From: Chiloscyllium plagiosum
Taxonomy: Eukaryota
Assembly: GCF_004010195.1 (NCBI RefSeq)
Contig: NC_057718.1
Location: 28,565,071-28,629,070, forward strand
DNA length: 64,000 nucleotides
Reading direction: 5' to 3'
Each line of letters begins with the position of its first letter. The first letter of the stretch is position 1. Both the position numbers and the translations under genes were made by a program. The notes beneath the pieces are model-generated. The model was not told where the DNA came from and did not search any database. It saw nothing but the letters and a program-made list of their open reading frames with translations. Positions 26,400 to 38,879 of this stretch are shown here, piece after piece.

Positions 26400-27260
26400 A
26401 GCTCATCATTCTCTAGCATATCCTCTCTTTGCCTACTCCAGTTGTGGAGAACACAGCATCCTGGGATTATATGGCGCAATCTGTCTGGACGGTAGTGTCA
26501 GGTAATTCCCAGCTGTGGAATCTCATCTTCAGGAGACCCGTTGCCTGATCCACAATGACCCTGATGAAGAATAGGCTGCATTGTAGCTACAGTCAGCCTC
26601 AGTCAGGAGGTGATGTAACTTCATCAGCTTAATGAAGAGGGTACCTCTAACCCCACCAATTACCATTAGTTAGGTATCTGGGCCCTCAGGCAGAGCAGGA
26701 ACATGAGCATTCTTAAGGATATAGACAACATGGCAGCTCCCACCGTACAGGGTACACACTTCGAAGCAGTGGAACTGAAGATGCCCCGGTGATCACTTAC
26801 ACATTGATGGAATGGAACCATTTCCAATTGGTAAACACAGCAGTGCAGTGATAAGAGGCCTGTGTTTTTAGCCAGTCATGCCCTGCATCTGGGGGAAGCC
26901 AGATAAGTTGCTGAATCCTACTGTTCAGGTAGCAGCGCTGACCGTTCGTTGGGAAACAAGATATAGCAGTATGATCTGGCAGAAATGGCATAGGTAACAG
27001 CATTAGTACATTTGTGGACAGATGATTGAGAGGACCCAAATGTGATTGCGTAGCTCCAAACCAGTCACATAAAAGGTCACTGGGATAGGATGGCTGCTCA
27101 CTCCTTCAGTGTTCAGGTCCCAGTCCAGAGACTGGCATAGTTCAGTGACAATGTCCTGGAATATCCTCAGTCTGCACTGCCATGCAAATTGCTCATCCTT
27201 AGGCTCTCCTTTATCGCCTGCAGATCCTGAGGAGACCTGAAACTGTGGTCCCTTCCAACG
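26400..27260 (-). pseudogene. Decayed PIF/Harbinger (HARBI1-like DDE) transposase
   Basis: Motifs in correct order across frameshifts: CRLRIFQDIVTELC, VFTNWKWFHSINV (cf. NRKGFHSINVQ), YGGSCH (cf. PGSCHD), TEADCSYNAA, DQATGLLKMRF, CCVLHNW. Confidence 0.8.
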
Positions 27261-27797
27261 GAGGGTGCTCAACATCTATTGGATGTTGCTGTTGGTCCTT
27301 TCTCATTTCTCTGCATGTTTGCTGCATCACTGCAATAATAACCCCCTGCTGTAGCTGGATCCACCAGTCACATACTCAGTCACCATGTTTGAGGAACATT
27401 GGGAACTGAACCCTTCCTTAGGAACGTCATCAAGCAGCATTATCATCACTGACAGATGATGGCTTTTTATCCATTAATGGCACATGGAGCACTCCAATGA
27501 CATCACCAGCAGTCATTACACAGAGGGACTTTGGAAATGCTGCATAAGTACTGAACTCTCCTCCTCACTGCCCCACATCAACCATGAAAAATACCTTTGC
27601 GTCTAAGACTGTCTAACATTACCCGCAAAGCTCAAGCTGAGCATGGATCAGTTCTGTGAACCCGTGCAGCCTCTGAGATTTTACCTTATCTTTGTGTTTT
27701 ATGACCTACAACTACCTCTTTAAGCTTGTCTCGGGATTACTTCGGCTTCACAGAGACGTCTATCTTCAATTTGCAGTGACGAATGACATGGTCAAGA

Positions 27798-28125
27798 ATT
27801 GAATTAGAATCCCTACAGCCCAACAAGTCTACACCAACCCACTGAAGAGTAACCCACCCAGATCCATTCCCCTACCCTATATTTGCCCCTGACTAATGTA
27901 CCTACCCTACACATCCCTGAACACTATGTATAATTCAGCATGGCCAATTCATCTAACCTGCACATCTCTGGACTGTGGGAGGAAACTGGAGCACCCAGAG
28001 GAAACGCATGCAGACAAGGGGAGAATGTGCAAACTCCACACGGACAGTCACCTGAGGTTGGAATTGAACTCGGGTCCCTGGCACTGTGAGGCAGCAGTGC
28101 TAACCACTGAACCACTGTGCTGCCC
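27798..28125 (-). mobile_element. HE1-type V-SINE
   Basis: Full head-to-tail homology with other copies. Confidence 0.92.
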
Positions 28126-30052
28126 TCAAGATTGATTGTGACCAGCGTTGCTCCGTTCCACACTGTTGGACACTATCCATACTGGGTGCTGTAATGGTAA
28201 ATTACTTTAACCTGGACTCTGTGAGGACATGATTGATGCAATAGCTCCTTGAAGATCACTCACAATCGAAACCTGCCTTGGGGCAGGAAAAACACTGTGC
28301 CATTTCTGGTTGCAGCCATTTTCCATTTGTAGGTGCTATTTAGGAATCGAGATCATGGAAGGCAATGCAGGATCCTCCAGTCACGAGGAGGATCCAGTCA
28401 GAGCCAGGTCATTAGAGACCTCCCACCCCAACCCTCCACGTCTCTTTCCACCTGGCACTCCCTGGACAGCCCATAATTGCTGATCCCCCACATGTTCTCA
28501 CACATCTCCTGGAGTTATGACTGCAATTCCCATCCTTACCCACGAGCCCTGTCCCTGCAGTTAGTCCTCCCCACCATCATGATATCCATTGAGACCATGG
28601 TGGTGGGGACCACTGATTAACAAACCCCCCAACCTTTCCTCCCCCCTCCAAAACATCCCATCTCTTCAAAAGCACTGCAGGGTTGCCCTTCATTAAATGT
28701 CAAATGTTCCACTGTTCCTGTCTTTTCCACTTCTACATCCCAGATTACAGTACTGCCTCCAATCCACAGCTCATTCACCTCTCACATTGATGCAAGGCCT
28801 TGACGGCTGACTGACTGGATCCCTGAATGTTCTCTGTCCAGAGCCCAACTGGTAATGCATGAATCCCCAGATCGACCCTGGCCAGAGACAGAGTACAGAG
28901 CTTGACTGTCCCGAGTGGATGACTAAGTGTGCTTAAACCCCTGGACAGTGACTGAAGGTTGCCCTTGACTAATGACAGACCCTCTTGATTTGACTGAGTG
29001 TTCGTCCTCATTCTAGTTGGAGACAAGAACATTTAGTTGATGTATGTGCAGTGGTACTTGCAGTAGGTGTGAGATTGACATTGCAATGTGTTGTACAGCA
29101 ACATATTCACCTATCTTAAGTAATGGGTGCTGAGTAGCACTTCAAGCTGCCTGGCTCTATGTCTGCACTAAAATACACTAAAATCAAACTAGAATCCTGT
29201 GAGGCTTTAATGTCTGGCTGGGGGGACATAGTGCATAAAGGCAAAGCAGGGATACTGTGAGTGTCCAGGTAGGTGCAAAGTGAGAGTAAGCAAGCAGCCC
29301 TGAAGATCAGCCTGTCTGAATTCATGAGCTGTCTGTCCCAATGTGCACAGAGTGCTTGCAGCAACATTGCAATGAAAAGTGTTGGAGCTGTCCAACGTGG
29401 AGCATTGAAGTGCAGAAGTGTAAGCGTGAGTGGATTGGAGATGTGCCATGATGATGCAGTCAGGCTGGCACATACCAACATCTGTGGATGTAGCGTATGT
29501 GAGTCGCTGGCCTGGAGCATGCTATGAGATGTTGCCATCTAAGGTGGATTTCCAAAGAGACAAGTGACAATCTGGAGTTGTTATGTACCCTCTCAGCTTT
29601 TCACATTGGGATTTCTCAATGACCAGTTTCTACCAGCAGATGGCAGAATGGGAGTGCACATGTTCGTGAGCCGGGTTTAGATAGGAATGAGGGTGATAAG
29701 GAGTGATAGTTCCCGCTAAAAGGCCTCTCACTGCTCACATGCAAGAATCTCATCTTGACATCCAGGAAAATGAGATTTCTCCCATGATTTCCAGCGTGAT
29801 TCTCCCAAACTTCCTGCTGTAATCCACGTTGTTCAAGGCCAGGGATGATTCTGTCCACAGTTAAGCACTCACCAACAAGGGACTTAACGGCCAACTTTTT
29901 CATGCAGAGGGTGGTCTGTGTATGGAACGAGCTGCCAGAGGAAGTGGTGGAGGCTGGTACAATTACAGCATTTAAGAGGCATCTGGATGGTATATGAATA
30001 GGAAGGGTTTAGAGGGGTATTGGCCAAGTTATGACAAATGGTACTAGATTAG

Positions 30053-30257
30053 TTAAAAATCACACAACACCAGGTTATAGTCCAACAAGTTTAATTGGAA
30101 GCACACTAGCTTTCGGAGCGACGCTCCTTCATCACCTGATGAAGGAGCATCGCTCCGAAAGCTAGTGTGCTTCCAATTAAACCTGTTGGACTATAACCTG
30201 GTGTTGTGTGATTTTTAACTTTGTACACCCCAGTCCAACACCGGCATCTCCAAATCA
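30053..30257. mobile_element. Young palindromic PLE pLTR insertion (family A) with 12-bp TSD
   Basis: Arms 30051-30134 and 30137-30220 are 82/84 reverse-complementary; g[t/g]actagattag at 30041-30052 and 30258-30269. Confidence 0.93.
30133..30167 (+). ncRNA. Minimal type I hammerhead ribozyme motif with intact core
   Basis: cac-CTGATGA-a-GGAGC atc GCTCC-GAA-AGCT-A-gtg: stem I cac/gtg, stem II, palindromic loop-less stem III AGCT, predicted cleavage after CUA (30164). Confidence 0.78.
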
Positions 30258-30713
30258 GGACTAGATTAGGTTAGGATATCTGGTCAGCATGGACGAGTTG
30301 GACCAAAGGGTCAGTTTCTGTGCTGTACATCTCTATGACTCTATGAGTCTAACAACGGCAACTTCAGTTTATATAAAAAACATCTTTCAAATATATAGCA
30401 CCTTCAGAATGTCTTAAAACACCTGATGAAGTATTTTTGAGAACATGATGGAGATCTCCCTTCCTTCAAATCATATTAGGGGATCATTTACATCCACATG
30501 AGAGGAAATATGAGTCTGACATTATCACGCTCCTTCAGTACTGCACTGCAGTGTTAGCATAAGTATTCAGACTCAGAGGCCAATGTGTGATCACGGCATG
30601 GTCGATAGCATATGTCTGAGCTTGAAATGTCATTAACTGTCCTAAGGCTCTGCATGGAGCCAAATGCTAGAAACAGTATGGGACAGAAATTCCAGAAGGT
30701 GATTAAAGTCATG

Positions 30714-31032
30714 ACGGCATGGTGGCTCAGTGGTTAGCAATACTGCCTCACAGTGCCAGGGACCTGGGTTCAATTCCAGCCTTGGGTGACTGTCTGTGTG
30801 GAGTTTGCACATTCTCCCTGTGTCTGCGTGGGTTTCCTCCGGGTGCTCCAGTTTCCTCCCAAATCCAAAGATGTGCAGGCCAGGTGAATTGGCCTTGCTA
30901 AATTGCCCATAGTGATAGGTGTATTAGTAGGGAGTAGGGGAATGGGTCTGGGTTGGTTACTCTTCAGAGGGTCTGTGTGAACTTGTTGGGCTGAAGGGCC
31001 TGTTTCCGCACTGTAGGGAATCTAAACTAATC
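30714..31032 (+). mobile_element. HE1-type V-SINE
   Basis: GGCATGGTGGCTCAGTGGTTAGC...GGTTCAATTCC head; full length. Confidence 0.92.
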
Positions 31033-31165
31033 AAAATGGAGGGTGTCTTTGATGAGGCTTTTGAAGCCATGTTGAGAGGTAGCAGGGTAAAAATATTTGG
31101 AGATGACTAAAGGTTTAGTGATCAAAAATAGAGCAGGGGATACAAAGTGACCTGCTAAAATTATG

Positions 31166-31385
31166 TTAAAAATCACACAACACCAAGTTATAGTCCAACA
31201 GGTTTAGTTGGAAGTACTCACTTTCAGAGCACTGCTTCTTCATCAGGTAGCTAGTGACAAAGCTACCTGATGAAGGAGCAGCACTCCAAAAGCTAGTGCT
31301 TCCAAATAAATCTATTGGACTATAACCAAGTCTGGTGTGAATTTTAACTTTGTCACCCCGGTCCAATATCGGCACCTCCTCATCA
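31166..31385. mobile_element. Palindromic PLE pLTR insertion (family A) with 13-bp TSD; hammerhead cores on both strands (mutated)
   Basis: tgctaaa[a/g]ttatg at 31153-31165 and 31386-31398; centre tcatcaggtagct-agtgacaa-agctacctgatga. Confidence 0.9.
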
Positions 31386-33492
31386 TGCTAAAGTTATGGC
31401 AACAGTAATGAGGGACTTCAGGAATTGTAAAACATTTCAGTTCTTAATCAAGCAACCAACTCTTGTCAAGGCATTTCCCAAATATGAACAACTTCTTCTA
31501 ATCTCATTATCCACATGTTCTTTAATCTTCCTCTTTCTTAGTGAAATTTCTCCTTGCCTTTCAAAGTTGTTTATATATTCATTTCCACTTCAACAATGAT
31601 AAGTTCTCAGTCACTTCTGATGGGGATGAAAATGGAAAAGATTGGGATCAAAATACAATTTCATCCCATCTTACAGCTCCTGTTTATCCCAGCTATTGTT
31701 CAGTCCATTAGTAGAGGGAGGTTGAGCCTCTGTGGTGAAATAAACTTTACATTAGTCTTTGGATTGGGTCAGTATTAGGACAAGGGGCATACTTGGGCAA
31801 GAGTTTTCCTTTAATCTTTTCCTTGGAATCTAGTCATCGATGGTAAGGCAAGCATTTATTGCCCATTACTAATTGCCCTTGAGCTGAATGTCTTGTTCAA
31901 CCAGTTCAAAAGGCAGTTAAGAGTCAACCAATTGCTGTGGATTTGGAGTCACGTGCAGACAAGTCCAGGTTAAGATGACATATTTCCTTCCTTAATGAAC
32001 ATGAGTGTACCAGATGGATTTTGTGGTACTGGTGAGAGTTTGACGATGACCATTATTAATGAGTAGATTTTGATTCCAGATTTCACTGAATTTAAATTCT
32101 ACCAGGCTGTATTTGTCAGATTGAACCTATACCTCCAGAGCGTTAGTCTGAGCATTGGGCATTATAACTGAGTCCAATGACATTACCACACTGCCACAGT
32201 TGCCCCTGGAAGCACTGGTTAAGTCAGAAGAAGAATGCTCTGCTTTTACTTGTTAAAATATCTGTACGATGTTGTGGAATCTTTCATGATCTGAAAATGC
32301 ATCAAGGACTTTGTTGCTGGAGGGGCAAACCTTAGATTAAATAATGCATCAAAGTATTCCCTTTGAACCACACAGAACTATACACATTCAATCTTTTGGG
32401 CCTAGTTGGAAATATTCTTAATTGACAATTTGGACAGGAAGGCCATTTCTGCTCCAAAAGCAATGTAATAAATCTCAAGATGAAAAATGTGAAATGTTCT
32501 CGTACATGAAAGAAATCTGCAAAAAAACTTACAAATACAGACCTCAGTGTTTGGTGTTAACTAATTCCTCCTCAACTGATATTATCAAGCAGAAGTATTA
32601 TTTTACAAAAGGCAGGTTCCTCATTCAGTTTAATAGGTTATTATAGTAACATGATCTAGATGCATCAATGAAATGGGGTTTCCACTTTCTTTCTATGTCA
32701 CAAACTAGGGTATTCTTGTGCCTCAGGGAACATGGAGTTAAGTAACTGAATATGATACTTTCTCACGTTTACAGATTGCAAAACAGCGAAACTATAAAAA
32801 AAAATACATGTGTGAGTGCTAACTATATTCTAAGGAGGGTATCAGTACCAGATAGAAAACGCCCAAAGTCATCGGCATGTTATAGGCTTGGGAAGTACAA
32901 GCTAATCAGCTATTGAGCCATTAATGAGGCCAGCGTGCGCACTCAAAGCAACGGATAGGAATAAGACTAAATGTGAGTAAAACTTTGAAAATGCAATTAA
33001 TGTGCTGATTTTTATAGTTGGGCAGTAAAAGATGAATAAAGGTTTGACTGTACTGTTAACTCTCGTGAGGAGCCCACTGTAACTTTCACGGAGGCCTGAT
33101 AGTAGGCAGTCCCAAACCTGCCCAAAACAAATTTAAGACCACTTTTTAATGTTAATCAAACACCCAATATTGTAATTTGGATCTTTTGAATTCTCTTTTA
33201 ACTGCTATATAGGTAGAGCTTTGCATGTGAGCATTTAACAAATAAATATAGGCACTGTGCTCAGAAAGGCCAGACATTTCTTTGTGAAGTGGATTTTGTT
33301 CAGTGGAACGTGAAGAAACAAGAGTGTTTCAACTAGTTTGACGAATATTGCAGCCTGGCCTGGCCTTACCCCATCTCTGACTCTGACAGGCTGCCATTCC
33401 TGGGCCAGAGCCCAGAGCTACATCGGAAAGGACTCTTGCTTGACGTCCGCAACTCAAGTGTTAAACTCAAATGAGGTCAGGGCCCCAGTGTT

Positions 33493-33839
33493 ATCATAGA
33501 ATCCCTACACTGTGGAAACAAGCCATTTGGCCCAATAAGACCACACCGACCCTCTGAAGAGTAACCCACCCAGACCCATTTCCCTACCCTATTTTACTGT
33601 ACATTTAGCTCTGACTAATACACCTAAGCTCCATATCCTTGAACACTATGGGCAATTTAGCATAGTCTGACCTGCACTTCTTTGGATTGTGGGAGGAAAC
33701 CGGAGCACCTGGAAGAAACCCACGCAGACACAGGGAAAATGTGCAAACTCCACACAGACAGTCACCCGAGGCTAGAATTGAACCCATGTCCCTGGCACTG
33801 TGAGGTAGCAGTGCTAACCACTGAGCCACCATGCCAACC
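33493..33839 (-). mobile_element. HE1-type V-SINE
   Basis: Full-length homology with other copies. Confidence 0.92.
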
Positions 33840-35379
33840 ATTATAGTTACCTCTTCACTACTGAATGAGTGGATAACCTTCCAATGGCAACAGACAACTT
33901 CTTCATGCTTCTTTAACTTTTGTTAGGAGAATTTAAAAATTACGGTCAAACAATAAATATCGTGGCTGTATATTCTATGTCCAAAAAAAACTAAACATAT
34001 CATTTTAACAACAAAGACTTTCATTTAATTAAGCTTCTATTGCAAAATTTTTCACGTGTAGTGACCCAGAATTTTTTGTTCCATTGAGGTAGCTAATATA
34101 GACTTTAATTCTCACCACTAGTGCACTGATTTCCCTTTAATAACGTATTCCATATCTTCCTGCCTTTCTAATTAGGACACTCCACAGTCTGCATACCTAA
34201 TATGCATTGACAAATGTTTGCTATCAATTTCAATTTAATTGTTTACTCAGTATCTTAATATTTATTCATTTTTAATACTGACTTCTAAAAACATATCCAT
34301 GAGTCTGATTACTTGTTTTGTTTTCTAAAATTGTAGAAATACAACTTCTAGTGGTAATAGTTGGTGACATTTATGGCTGTAACTAGCTGAGCTAATTGAA
34401 ATCTTCTTAATTGTGAGCAGTTTCAGATGTTTGGTTGGCAAATTCATTTTGAAGCTATGTTTTGCTGGGAAAGAATTTTAAATTCTCAATGAAAGATAGG
34501 TAAGAAATAGTCATGTAATTATTGATTCTTCAGATATACCTGCATTTAAATTCAGAGCTGCAGTTGTACAGTCTGTAATGAAACATTTACTTATGGATAT
34601 TCCCAAGGATGTGTGACTAAATACATTTAGAAGCATTAAAAATGAAGGGAAAACATAATTGGATTGATATTCCCTGTTAACTTTACTGATTCACACTGTT
34701 AAGGGGACCAGGGATCAATGAATTGATACAACAACTAAACGACTTTTAAAAAGTCAATTCATTTAACAGAAAGTGTTCTAGCCAGCAAATATGTCAGAAA
34801 GCCAATTATTTTTGCATTCGGGCAAATCGCAGTGAAAAGGCAAGAACTCATGATACATGTGCATGCAAATCAAGCTGCTATTTTGATTGCTGCTAGTTTT
34901 AATGAGACATATTCAGTTGTTATTTTGAAATAACAATATGCATTTCAAAGACATTTTTAATGGAGTGAAATGTCCCGAGGCATTTCACAGGAGCGTTATC
35001 TGATAAAATATGATATTGTTATTCTTGCTTGCATGAACCAAAAACCCATTCATTTAATGAATGCAGTAATATTTTCCATGGCTATTATCCATGGTTTTAC
35101 AGGGCCTACTGCAGATAATTAGAATCCCAACAGTTCTATTCTTTACCAATCTGCGTGTCAGTGGGTGATCAAAATAGTCTTAATTGTGTAAAATTTATCT
35201 TTTTGGGAGGTGTACAAAGTTATGTCCCAAAATTGTCTGGGAAATACTACAGTGACTGCTTGGTACCTACCATTATTAATATATTAAAAATCCAGAAATT
35301 GTGGTGAGGTTAAGATACACTGAGGGTTACACAACAATGCATTCTGATGGATGGGTTGCACCACTGCCATAGATTAAAA

Positions 35380-35940
35380 GAGACATAGAGTAATACAGCA
35401 CAGAAACAGGCCCTTCATCCAACTCATCCTTGCTCTAGTCCCATTTGCCAGCATTTGGCCCATGTTCCTCTAAACCCTTCCTATTCATATACCCATCCAG
35501 ATGCCTTCTAAATGTTGCAATTATACCAGCCTCAACCACTTCCTCTGGCAGCTCATTCCATACATGTACTACCCTCTGCATGAAAATGTTGCCTCTTAGG
35601 ACCCTTTTAAATCTTCCCCTCTCACCTTAAAGTTGTGCCCTCTTGTTTTGGACTCCCCCATCCCAGGAAAAAGAGCTCGGGCTATTCACCCTATTCATGC
35701 CCCTCATCATTTTATAAACATCTATAAGGTCACCCCTCAGCCTCCAATGCTTCAGGGTAAAAGCCACAGCCTATTCAACCTCTTCCTATAACTCAAACCC
35801 TCAACTCCTGGCAACATCCTTGTAAATCCTTTCTGACCCTTTCAAGTTTAGCAACATCCTTCCTGTAGTAGGGAGACCAGAATTTAATGCAATATTCCAA
35901 AAGTGGTCTCACCAATGTCCTGTATTGCCACAACATGACA
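35380..35940 (-). mobile_element. CR1 (HER1-like) 3' fragment
   Basis: Homologous to 6711-7270 and 12023-12600. Confidence 0.88.
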
Positions 35941-37189
35941 GGTGTCATTAGGCTTGCAAATGCAAGATTTCACCATCAGACTCCCCAGGTATTTGTACAA
36001 CGTATTTACCACCTTCTCCATGGCAATTTTGAATGAGTAGAATCTCATGAAATTCCCATAAATGAAACAATACACAGCAATGATGACACCAAGTCAGTTT
36101 GAACTTCCAGTGCAGCTGGATTCCTATGGCTCCCTGTTCCTATCATCAATATCTGCTGCTTCTGGGGCACTAGAAGCTGTGAGATCAACAATAAAGTGCT
36201 GCCTCATGGTTCACCATAAGAATGTAAATGGAGTTGGTCACCACTTCCACGCTAGAAAGTGTAGGCTCCAAGGTCCACACAAAGCCCTGCACAAAGCTAC
36301 TGCTGGGCTCCTCCTTGCTCAGTCACAGTGACCATCATCTGTCTTGCATGTTTTATAATGTGTCAAGCATTTTATCAAGTTAGTTAAAAAGATGGTACAC
36401 ATGGTTTTGTGAAAGGGAAATACCTGCACACTCACTGGCCTTCTGGATAATTCTCTCTTTCTACACGGTAACTGTTTATGTCTCCTAATATTATAGGACA
36501 CCCTATTATTAGAGAAAAGTCCAATATTTTCTCTCTTCTATCCTTGTTCTTGTAAGGCACTGAATTATTCACCTCAAGGGTATTTTTTTTTAAAGGCCTC
36601 ATTTAAATATTGGCAAACACATTCTTAGATACACACACAGAGCTCAAAAATGAAACTAATTTCATCAATTAAGCAATTTATTGGAAGGCATATTATTGCT
36701 ATGGTTACATGGGAGCTCTTGGCCACACTGTATTTGGAGTGCAGGAAGGATTTCACAACATGCCACATTAAAACATTGTGGTGCAAAGTGTGAAATGTGC
36801 AGGCAGATGCTTTCAGCTCTGGTGCTGGCCACAGGCTGGATTTGGAAGTGGTCATCACAATAGTGACCAGTAGCATCTTCTCCTTGGAGTTTAGGGCATG
36901 CAGCAACACAAGTCCCCCCCAATTAGCTTGTGGTGTCTCCTGCAAGATGAGGGATGTATGTCACTGGCTGAAGTGAATATCATGGTGACTAGCTGGCAAT
37001 GTGCATAAGCTATGGACGGTGGGTGTGAGGTTTGCAGCAGTGTTAACTGAGTGAAGGTGAGGTGATGAATATGAAGGTTAGGTATGAATCCTGATTGATA
37101 AATGTTGTTGGTGGGTAAACAATGGGGAATTGAACAGTGCCTGAGGCCAATGGTACACGTATGTACTAGGATGATGCATTTGAAGATAC

Positions 37190-37480
37190 ATTCTTCATTT
37201 TTTGAGTTTATTGAACTAGCTGTGGAATAGCACTCATGCACTTCGGACTTAAAGTCTGGCATTGATTCCTATGGCTTCCTGTTCCTATCTATTCTCACAG
37301 CTTTTGGGCTGTTTGTCTGGAGAGTTTACTCACCCCACTCCCACTCTCCCACTCTTCATTTCACCCCATGATGGATACAGGACATTGCTTTTTCCAATTC
37401 ATCCTCAAGATCTCCAGTGCAGTGTCTGAAGGATTGGCACACACTGTCACCTAAACTGCACCTTTCCTCAGCTTTCCCAT
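37190..37480 (-). pseudogene. Possible Harbinger-associated Myb/SANT-like ORF remnant
   Basis: Weak resemblance only: SDTALEIL..., EQEAIGINA...VRSA...FNKL across frameshifts. Confidence 0.3.
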
Positions 37481-37753
37481 GTCTGATTCTCTTCAACTAT
37501 GACTCCCAGCACCTGCTCCTGTTAGAAAGCACTTCCACATTAAGAGTATCATTCAGCACTGCAGCCTGGATTTAAATGCTATTGGCCACCCATGATGATA
37601 GATGGCTTTCTGATTGGTCCAGCCACAGAACAGCATGATTATCACTGGCCACATGTAATCAATGAGCTCTGGTTTAATGGTCCACAACAATTCCTGTTTT
37701 CAGGAGCAATTCAATTAGCAGCCCCCACCCCCTTTACATTTAAAACATGTCAT

Positions 37754-38495
37754 AAAATAAGCACTACCGCACTTAGGTGGTAGTGTGGGGGTTAAAATTT
37801 AAAAAAAACAAAGAAAAAAAAAACAGGGAATTAGGTCGGAGGGAAAAAAAAGGAGGAATGTAAGGGCAGTGTTTGTCACTGGCCACCCGGGTGTAAAAAA
37901 AAAAATAAATAAAAAAAATAAAACATGTCATGCTGCCTGCCCCTCTTCCGTGGTTACGTTAGGGCCCGGGTGTCCTTGGAGAAGGAGCACGCGGAAAAAA
38001 AAATATAAATAGGGGATATGTCCATGCCCGGGTGTCCTTGGAGAAGGAGCACGCGGTGTCAACCAACACCCTGGAGTTGTTCAGGGAGAGGTGGGTGCCA
38101 CAGGGAGTGAAGTGCATCATTTCTCCCTCCAACTCCATTCTGATTTAGTCCCTACCCTCCCATTCACTGTTTTGATCACACAGCACTGCCCTTTGATGTG
38201 AAGGGCAGTGTTTGTCACTGGCCACCCGGGTGTTTTCCTATCTTCCTGGTGGTGGAATTTGAATAAAGATTCATGCACTTTGTGTCTTTCACTGTGTCTC
38301 ACACCTACACACACACACCATGGGTGCTGGGGAAAAAAATAAGCACTCCCGCACTTAGGTGGTAGTGTGGGGGTTAAATGAAAAAAAGAAAAGAAAAAAA
38401 AAATAAAAAAAAATTTAAAAATCTAAAAACTGATCACACAGCATTGCCTTTTGTGTAGGGCACTGCTTGTCACTGGAAAAAAAAGAAAAAAAGAA
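37754..38495 (+). mobile_element. Compound Tx1/L1-like LINE insertion made of six A-tailed 3' fragments
   Basis: ORF2-like C-terminus GYVHARVSLEKEHAVSTNTLELFRERWVPQGVKCIISPSNSILI* (stop 38146-38148), 3'UTR and A-tails; target aaaacatgtcat present three times. Confidence 0.82.
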
Positions 38496-38879
38496 AAAAC
38501 ATGTCATGCACAATATACTCTTAATTATATTTGATAAACTCCCTTGAATTCCTTAAGTAAGAGAAAAGCAACGGTATTTGCAAAGAATATGAGTGTATAC
38601 CAGGTTACACACAATGCGTTGTTATGATAAGTTGATGCTCCATTCTTTACAGTGCACAATGTCCCACATTGGAATCAATACTTTTGGAGCATTCTGATGA
38701 GAGTCTACCTAACAACTACAAAACTTGCTGGAAGCTCTCCTCATTGTACCTTCTATCCAATGAGAGCAGAGTTGTAGCATGGAGCTGGCAGCCCATGTGA
38801 GTGTATCTAATTGTTCCATCGATAATTATTGATCATGCTGGAAGCCAATTCAAGGCATATTTAGACAATGAATTTGCAT

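Larger units (their letters stand above)
29895..30350 (+). mobile_element. CR1 (HER1-like) 3' end interrupted by a PLE palindrome
   Basis: QRVVCVWNELPEEVVEAGTITAFKRHLD, 3'UTR and ctctatgactctatga terminus. Confidence 0.9.

Noticed and set aside
2660..33841. Recurrent short ORFs VAQWLALLPHS.RD.GSIP... and tRNA-like heads as genes
   Set aside because: They are translations of HE1 SINEs; the heads do not form complete tRNAs.
32775..34500. Isolated splice-like signals (acag|attgc...|gtgagt; atag|gtaaga) as upstream exons
   Set aside because: No supporting coding signal; cannot be distinguished from chance without RNA data.
37741..38509. CRISPR-like repeat-spacer array
   Set aside because: Vertebrate context, no cas genes, irregular spacing; the repeats are TSDs and A-tails of LINE fragments.
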